Program-made: the position numbers and the translations under genes
Part shown: piece by piece, positions 59,148 to 64,000 of the stretch
Position numbering within the stretch: the first letter of the stretch is position 1
How the letters are laid out: each line of letters begins with the position of its first letter
IMG/VR virus record: IMGVR_UViG_3300017963_004045
Source of the DNA: an uncultured virus (IMG/VR IMGVR_UViG_3300017963_004045)
Taxonomy: Duplodnaviria; Heunggongvirae; Uroviricota; Caudoviricetes
Direction: 5' to 3' (one strand)
DNA: 64,000 nucleotides
The notes under the pieces: generated by a model
What the model saw: only the letters and a program-made list of their open reading frames with translations
What the model was told of the DNA's origin: nothing
The model's database searches: none

Positions 59148-60637
59148 AGGTCTCTCCTCCCGATTCTCTTATCAGGTGAGCACCTCTGTTCTCCAAGAAG
59201 CCCAACCATTAACTTATCAGACTCGCCATCTGGACAAGCATGTGGGAAAACACACGAGACGGCATTCTTATGTAGGTCATCAGAGACACAAACCTCCGTC
59301 ATAATCTCCAATTCTTCTCTTGCCTTACGAGTTTTTATGATTTTCTTCTTCCAATCTGGCTCACCCTTATAGGGTGCGATTCTACCACTCATCCACCTTT
59401 CAGCGTCATCACCTTCAAAATCATCGGGAACGCCATGAATGTATCCAAGCGATTGTCCGCTAATCTTCATCTTTGCCTCTGGGCTTAGGTCATCCCAACT
59501 ACCCACTCTATCAAGTTCTTTCTTCACTGGCAACCATTCTCTACATCTCTTGAAGTAATGCATACCAACGGTGGGAACATCATAAACAGCGTGACCATAG
59601 TTATCAGCCATTTCATCATATGGATTAAGAGGACTCTCATTAGATGGTATGTCTCTGTGGCAAAGATGAACACTGAAAACCTCAGCATCTGGGAATGCTC
59701 TCCTAACATTATGATAGGCACTATTAATCTGCATACCCGAAGCAACTATATCATCTACAATGACCACTCTCTTAACAGCATCAGACTTGTCTCCAAGCCA
59801 GTTAGCACCTCTGGGTCTAAACAATCTATCTCTCATCTCAGGCGGGAGGTCATTGTATGCCCAAGTGCTGTATTTTTTATCAAAGCCAGAATATTTGAGA
59901 ACCTCTAATCTGCCCCCCTCACCAATTATTTCCCACTCATCCCAAGCCATAGCAATATCGCTTGGAATATTGTGTTTAGGAATCTGATTGGCATATGAGA
60001 ATATACTGAGGGTTTCATGCCCCCCTCGTGGAGTAGTAACATATATAGTTCCACCATCCTCCAGTATCATCCTCAAGAATGTATCATCAAAAGGAACAGT
60101 CTCGGAATATTCTCTATGTTTCTGAGTATCAACAAATATCTCTGTGTTGGGGTGTCTCTTTACCAATCTCATCTTCTCCTCAATAGGCATGGTCTCCCAG
60201 ATTCTCTCGCCCAATTCATACCCAAGCAACTTCATTGCATTGTATTCCTCATCTCTATCATACATCACAATACTTTGAAGATAATCCTCAACAATATCCT
60301 GAGTAGGCTCATTATCTTCGACTTTTTCAATCTCCAATTCTAACTTCCCCCTAAGATAGTTCTGGGTTCTCTTCGGTAGGCGACTCCAACTTCTTTTGAA
60401 CATTTCCTCATCTTCAATGTTCACCTCAAGCGACTTAGCCCAAGCCTTCCTTGTCTTGGGGCTTAGAGAATTCCAAGTATCTGGCATACGGTTTAAAGGG
60501 ATGGGAAACTGCTTAACAAAATCATCAATCTCTTCGCAAGTGACCCCTTTAAGGTTAGGATACTGTGGACAAAGCGGAATCCAACGCCTGTTGGTTTCGG
60601 CTTCCTTGCCTATTATCTCCCAGTCCTTCTTGCCCAT
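59144..60637 (-). CDS. Type I phosphoribosyltransferase-domain protein (PRTase-CE-like)
   Basis: PRPP-binding loop VVIVDDIVASGMQI; C-terminal VFPHACPD. Confidence 0.7.
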   Translation of the reverse strand: MGKKDWEIIGKEAETNRRWIPLCPQYPNLKGVTCEEIDDFVKQFPIPLNRMPDTWNSLSPKTRKAWAKSLEVNIEDEEMFKRSWSRLPKRTQNYLRGKLELEIEKVEDNEPTQDIVEDYLQSIVMYDRDEEYNAMKLLGYELGERIWETMPIEEKMRLVKRHPNTEIFVDTQKHREYSETVPFDDTFLRMILEDGGTIYVTTPRGGHETLSIFSYANQIPKHNIPSDIAMAWDEWEIIGEGGRLEVLKYSGFDKKYSTWAYNDLPPEMRDRLFRPRGANWLGDKSDAVKRVVIVDDIVASGMQINSAYHNVRRAFPDAEVFSVHLCHRDIPSNESPLNPYDEMADNYGHAVYDVPTVGMHYFKRCREWLPVKKELDRVGSWDDLSPEAKMKISGQSLGYIHGVPDDFEGDDAERWMSGRIAPYKGEPDWKKKIIKTRKAREELEIMTEVCVSDDLHKNAVSCVFPHACPDGESDKLMVGLLGEQRCSPDKRIGRRDL

Positions 60638-60643
60638 AGCACC

Positions 60644-61315
60644 TCACAACCATTCCTCTGGAATCGCCCTCTCCCTGACATACTGGCTTTCCAGTTGCTT
60701 GAAAGCCCAATCCTTGATTTGCTCTCTCTTATCTACACCTGCTTTTTGTCCAGCCTCATAACTGAATCTGAATAGTGGCAATTCCTTCATGAGAAATCTG
60801 TGGTCATTTAGGAATTCAGGGTCAGCGTTCTCGATTACCAGTTCATTCGCATCAAGCGTTGCCAATCCTGTTTCTATGGCTCTTGTCCATAAGTCTCTGC
60901 ACCACCAACTTTCAGAGCCATTAGACCAGAAACAGTATGCTTCTGTGCCCTTCACAGGGACTTCCCGCTTACCATAATAATTTCTCTCTGCCACTTCATC
61001 ATTGAACCTCGATAATGTTGCTCTTTGCTCAGGGCTTAATGCATTGACAACATCCACCATCTTATTATCTATGACCGTCTCGACTCTGTTCTTACCGCCC
61101 TCAACATCAACTGCCGAGTGCATGACTGAACGAATATAAGACTGTTTCTTAATCTGCTTTCTGTCCCCCTCTTCCATAGCCTCGACCATCTCTCTGAATA
61201 ATTGTCCCTTATTGCCAATGACCTCTCTATCGACCTCTACAGCCATTTCGTAGGCTCTATCAATGCCGAACAGTTCCATCTCACTGGCAAGTCTGTAAGC
61301 CTCTCTATCACTCAT
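60644..61315 (-). CDS. Hypothetical protein
   Basis: Start reassigned to MSDREA after the GGAGG RBS. Confidence 0.65.
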   Translation of the reverse strand: MSDREAYRLASEMELFGIDRAYEMAVEVDREVIGNKGQLFREMVEAMEEGDRKQIKKQSYIRSVMHSAVDVEGGKNRVETVIDNKMVDVVNALSPEQRATLSRFNDEVAERNYYGKREVPVKGTEAYCFWSNGSESWWCRDLWTRAIETGLATLDANELVIENADPEFLNDHRFLMKELPLFRFSYEAGQKAGVDKREQIKDWAFKQLESQYVRERAIPEEWL

Positions 61316-62546
61316 AGAATTCCTCCCTGTAAATATAATAGATGCATGATAGCATAACACCCGTTGATATGCATATCATAGAGACATACATCCAGAACAG
61401 GTCATACTCCACGACACTCTCTATATCTGGAATTATCGCCTCTGCTGTGGAGTTAAGATAAACAACATAGATATTATAATCATCAGGGCTATAAGTATCA
61501 TATCCATCAAATGCAACCAGATAATCTCCATTTTCATAACCGAACATATCAAAGTGAATGCCCTTGTAAGCAAGTTCATCAACTAAGGTGAAGTATTCTC
61601 CAGTTGAAAAGTCATACACCTCAGCATACCACAAACCCTGAGAATCATTCCAAGCGGAATATACAACAAGGTCATCGTAAAATCCACCCCAATAAGAATA
61701 CTGGTAATCTGAGTCACTCCCCTCTGAGATATTAAACCATTCTTCAGTTGTTATGTTGTATGACCAAATATGGGGGGTATTTAGAGTAACTTCAAGCGTG
61801 GCTACTATGGTGTCTCCCCAAATGTCGCCTATGCCATCACACCCAACGCAAGGAGAACCCCAGATACAGATTGGCACACCATCATTCAAATCAACATATG
61901 TTAAATTAGAATAACCATCTATAGAAGAATTATAGAATATAACATAATCCCCAAAGACATTCGCATAGCCACAGCGTTGCCAACTATCATTAGTGATATT
62001 GTTGTAAGTTTCAGAAACAATATCATAGACCATCAAGGTAGTTGCATTATAACCCTGAACAACGGTGTCCTCCCATATGCAAGGGGGATAACCATGACAG
62101 CCCGATAGCAAAGTAGTTGTATTGGTCGAAATCTTATGCAAGTATAATGCAGAATTGCGAACATTCATGACCATGTAATCCCCATAAATGTCAGAATAAG
62201 CAATGGGATAAGTCCCACTATTGTCGAAATCAATTCTCCTGAACTCTTCACCAGAATCCAAATCATAGATGACGAAATCGTATTCATAATAATCGAAATA
62301 ACACATGTTGTCATCATATATCGCTGGAAGATAGGTATAGTTGTAATCAGTAATGCGAATCGGGTCTGACATTTCAAAAAGTCCATCATCGACAGTCACA
62401 CTGGACTCAGTATCCAATACAATGGTGCTCTCCCGAATACCATAACCGCCAAAGTAGATGAACGCTGGAATAATGAAGCATATTACTATCCCAAACAAAA
62501 TCTCTTCCTTGTAGTTCCTAACATCATATTTTCGACTCATAGCCAA
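61308..62546 (-). CDS. Membrane-anchored beta-propeller surface protein (methanogen-type IxGDxVV repeats)
   Basis: Repeats DIYGDYMV, CIWEDTVV, NVFGDYVI, DIWGDTIV, GFYDDLVV; N- and C-terminal TMs; many NxS/T sequons. Confidence 0.75.
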   Translation of the reverse strand: MAMSRKYDVRNYKEEILFGIVICFIIPAFIYFGGYGIRESTIVLDTESSVTVDDGLFEMSDPIRITDYNYTYLPAIYDDNMCYFDYYEYDFVIYDLDSGEEFRRIDFDNSGTYPIAYSDIYGDYMVMNVRNSALYLHKISTNTTTLLSGCHGYPPCIWEDTVVQGYNATTLMVYDIVSETYNNITNDSWQRCGYANVFGDYVIFYNSSIDGYSNLTYVDLNDGVPICIWGSPCVGCDGIGDIWGDTIVATLEVTLNTPHIWSYNITTEEWFNISEGSDSDYQYSYWGGFYDDLVVYSAWNDSQGLWYAEVYDFSTGEYFTLVDELAYKGIHFDMFGYENGDYLVAFDGYDTYSPDDYNIYVVYLNSTAEAIIPDIESVVEYDLFWMYVSMICISTGVMLSCIYYIYREEFYE

Positions 62547-63274
62547 TCACCTTCATCATCCATTTCTCCTTGTTCAATCCACCAATCCTTGAATTCCTCA
62601 TCTCCGACTTTGCAACCAAAGTCCTCTGCAATCTCTAATGTTGTCTTATCCTCGAAATTCCACCAAGAATCACTCTGAACCTTATCAAAGTTTATCTTGG
62701 GTTCTCTTTCATCTATGACATGATGTAGATTTCTCAATACTGACAAATCGTGTTTGATTTGTGATTTCAACTCTTTCCTATCCTTCGGTATTGGCGACAT
62801 CCAATCCCTGTTATATTCCTTAATTTGATTGACAATATGTAGAAAATCATCATATACAATGATGTGGGTATCTTCCCAACCAATGAACACATTCTTTATT
62901 CCTTTTGCACGACCCTCAACTACAATCTGCTCACCCTCATCATCGTCCTCCTCAGAGTAATAGGAATAGTTGAAATTACTGGCATTTAAAAGCCACTCTT
63001 CGAGAACTTCCTTTGCATGTTTCTCAAGGGCACTAATATAGGCGTTCTCCTGCATATTGCATATGGAGTTATGAACCTCACTCATTTCACATCCAGAAAT
63101 CTTATTGTCCGCTATCAACCTCTTCTTCTCAGAGTCCTCAACATAACATAGGTCGAACTTCATAGCCCACTCCCAGATATTAGTCCAAGAAGCATCATCT
63201 GGCAAAATCTTAAGGTCGCTCATAAGGTCATCTGTTTTAGCAACAATCCTGAATGTTCTGCTCAAGCCCACCAC
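62537..63274 (-). CDS. Hypothetical acidic protein
   Basis: 245-aa ORF; start uncertain. Confidence 0.65.
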   Translation of the reverse strand: MVGLSRTFRIVAKTDDLMSDLKILPDDASWTNIWEWAMKFDLCYVEDSEKKRLIADNKISGCEMSEVHNSICNMQENAYISALEKHAKEVLEEWLLNASNFNYSYYSEEDDDEGEQIVVEGRAKGIKNVFIGWEDTHIIVYDDFLHIVNQIKEYNRDWMSPIPKDRKELKSQIKHDLSVLRNLHHVIDEREPKINFDKVQSDSWWNFEDKTTLEIAEDFGCKVGDEEFKDWWIEQGEMDDEGDWL

Positions 63275-63783
63275 CCCATCATTATCGCCAAATATATCGG
63301 AACGATTCCAACAATCGTTGAAATTGAAATCGCTAAGATGACATTATATCTGGTATCGCCATAATCTTGTTTCATCAGATAATTTGAAGCCTTTAGCATA
63401 ATCTCAAAGGCTATGAAGCCATAGATGAACCATAGAATCGTATCCAAATCTGGATACCACATATAGTAATATCTGAGAACATAGAATGAGAACTGAGTAG
63501 TAAACAAAGCCAGAACACCAATTATAATCCTCTCTCTGGTAGTATCCGCAACGCTGTAGATATAATACCAATGGTCTGTTACTACACCAAATCCAACCAA
63601 AGCCATAAGAATCAAGACATTGACGACCTGAAGTCCGACAAGTGCATTGATATAACCACTTGGAAGGTAAACGCCCACCCTATTGAAGAACAACAAAATT
63701 ATGAAGGCTACCACTGGTAGAAAATAAAAGGGCGTTGGTTTTATCTGTTGAACAGATACTATATCGAAGTCATCTTCTGTCAT
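63262..63783 (-). CDS. Multi-TM membrane protein
   Basis: About 5 hydrophobic segments; start reassigned to MTEDD after GAGG. Confidence 0.65.
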   Translation of the reverse strand: MTEDDFDIVSVQQIKPTPFYFLPVVAFIILLFFNRVGVYLPSGYINALVGLQVVNVLILMALVGFGVVTDHWYYIYSVADTTRERIIIGVLALFTTQFSFYVLRYYYMWYPDLDTILWFIYGFIAFEIMLKASNYLMKQDYGDTRYNVILAISISTIVGIVPIYLAIMMGWWA

Positions 63784-64000
63784 TTTTGTCCTCTCTTTAA
63801 CCGCATTTAGATTACGGCAGTTACGGTTCTGCCCATGAGGAAATAAGAAGAGGTGGGGGCGAACCCCCATTTACTTCACTCATGTATCTGTGGCGATGGG
63901 ATGTGTCCCATTATGAAGTTGTCATTCTGCCTGACGAATGCTTCCGCTTCACCTACGGTTGCGAAATGTAGGCAGATTTCCATATGTCTCGCATCATTGC

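Larger units (their letters stand above)
37..61365. repeat. Dispersed 10-bp quasi-palindromic repeat AACGGGTGTT / AACACCCGTT (family YAAC-RNNY-GTTR)
   Basis: Exact AACGGGTGTT starts at 37, 452, 824, 1117, 1659, 2930, 3577, 5509, 7895, 9670, 13787, 17177, 19520, 21827, 25626, 30126, 30881, 42834, 44585, 47518, 48257, 49984. The reverse complement starts at 4474, 23866, 33880, 36059, 37512, 40382, 50117, 52947, 56506, 61356. Variants include AACGAGTGTT/AACACTCGTT (6652, 10309, 13384, 15804, 26307, 27853, 55903, 57841, 59028) and AACAGGTGTT (3939, 4906, 6227, 18169, 22492). Confidence 0.97.

Noticed and set aside
37..61365. Repeat motif as a CRISPR array
   Set aside because: Only 10-12 bp long, separated by whole genes at irregular distances, and no cas genes recognised
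37..61365. Repeat motif as a Gram-positive LexA (Cheo) box GAAC-N4-GTTC
   Set aside because: Flanks are Y...R rather than G...C, the context is archaeal and no LexA is seen; similarity is limited to AAC-N4-GTT

Overview
This 64-kb window looks like the accessory or early region of a large archaeal virus or extrachromosomal element, probably with a euryarchaeal-type host. The archaeal signs are GGAGG/GGTGA ribosome-binding sites, BRE-TATA promoters and an initiator-type tRNA-Met with a bulge-helix-bulge intron. About 100 short, tightly packed, mostly hypothetical and often CxxC-rich genes run on the + strand to ~49.8 kb. They converge on a largely non-coding, hairpin-rich zone at ~49.8-52.9 kb, after which genes run on the - strand. 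Recognisable products: GHKL ATPase with HExxH tail, DUF5131-type radical-SAM-like protein, SNJ2-like tyrosine recombinase, ATP-grasp-like protein, NADAR hydrolase, three ADP-ribosyltransferase-fold proteins, FTR-like Fe-S protein, glutaredoxin-like protein, ASCH, Hjc-like nuclease, lipocalin, YdjM-like hydrolase, PRTase and a beta-propeller surface protein. I recognised no capsid, terminase, polymerase or housekeeping genes. The most striking unexplained signal is a quasi-palindromic site YAAC-RNNY-GTTR (consensus AACGGGTGTT). I counted 32 exact copies by eye plus more than 20 variants, mostly at gene junctions between a stop codon and the next start. Other notable signals are a short basic peptide motif shared by unrelated proteins, several candidate structured ncRNAs and strong avoidance of restriction palindromes. 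All family assignments come from motif recognition by eye, without database searches.
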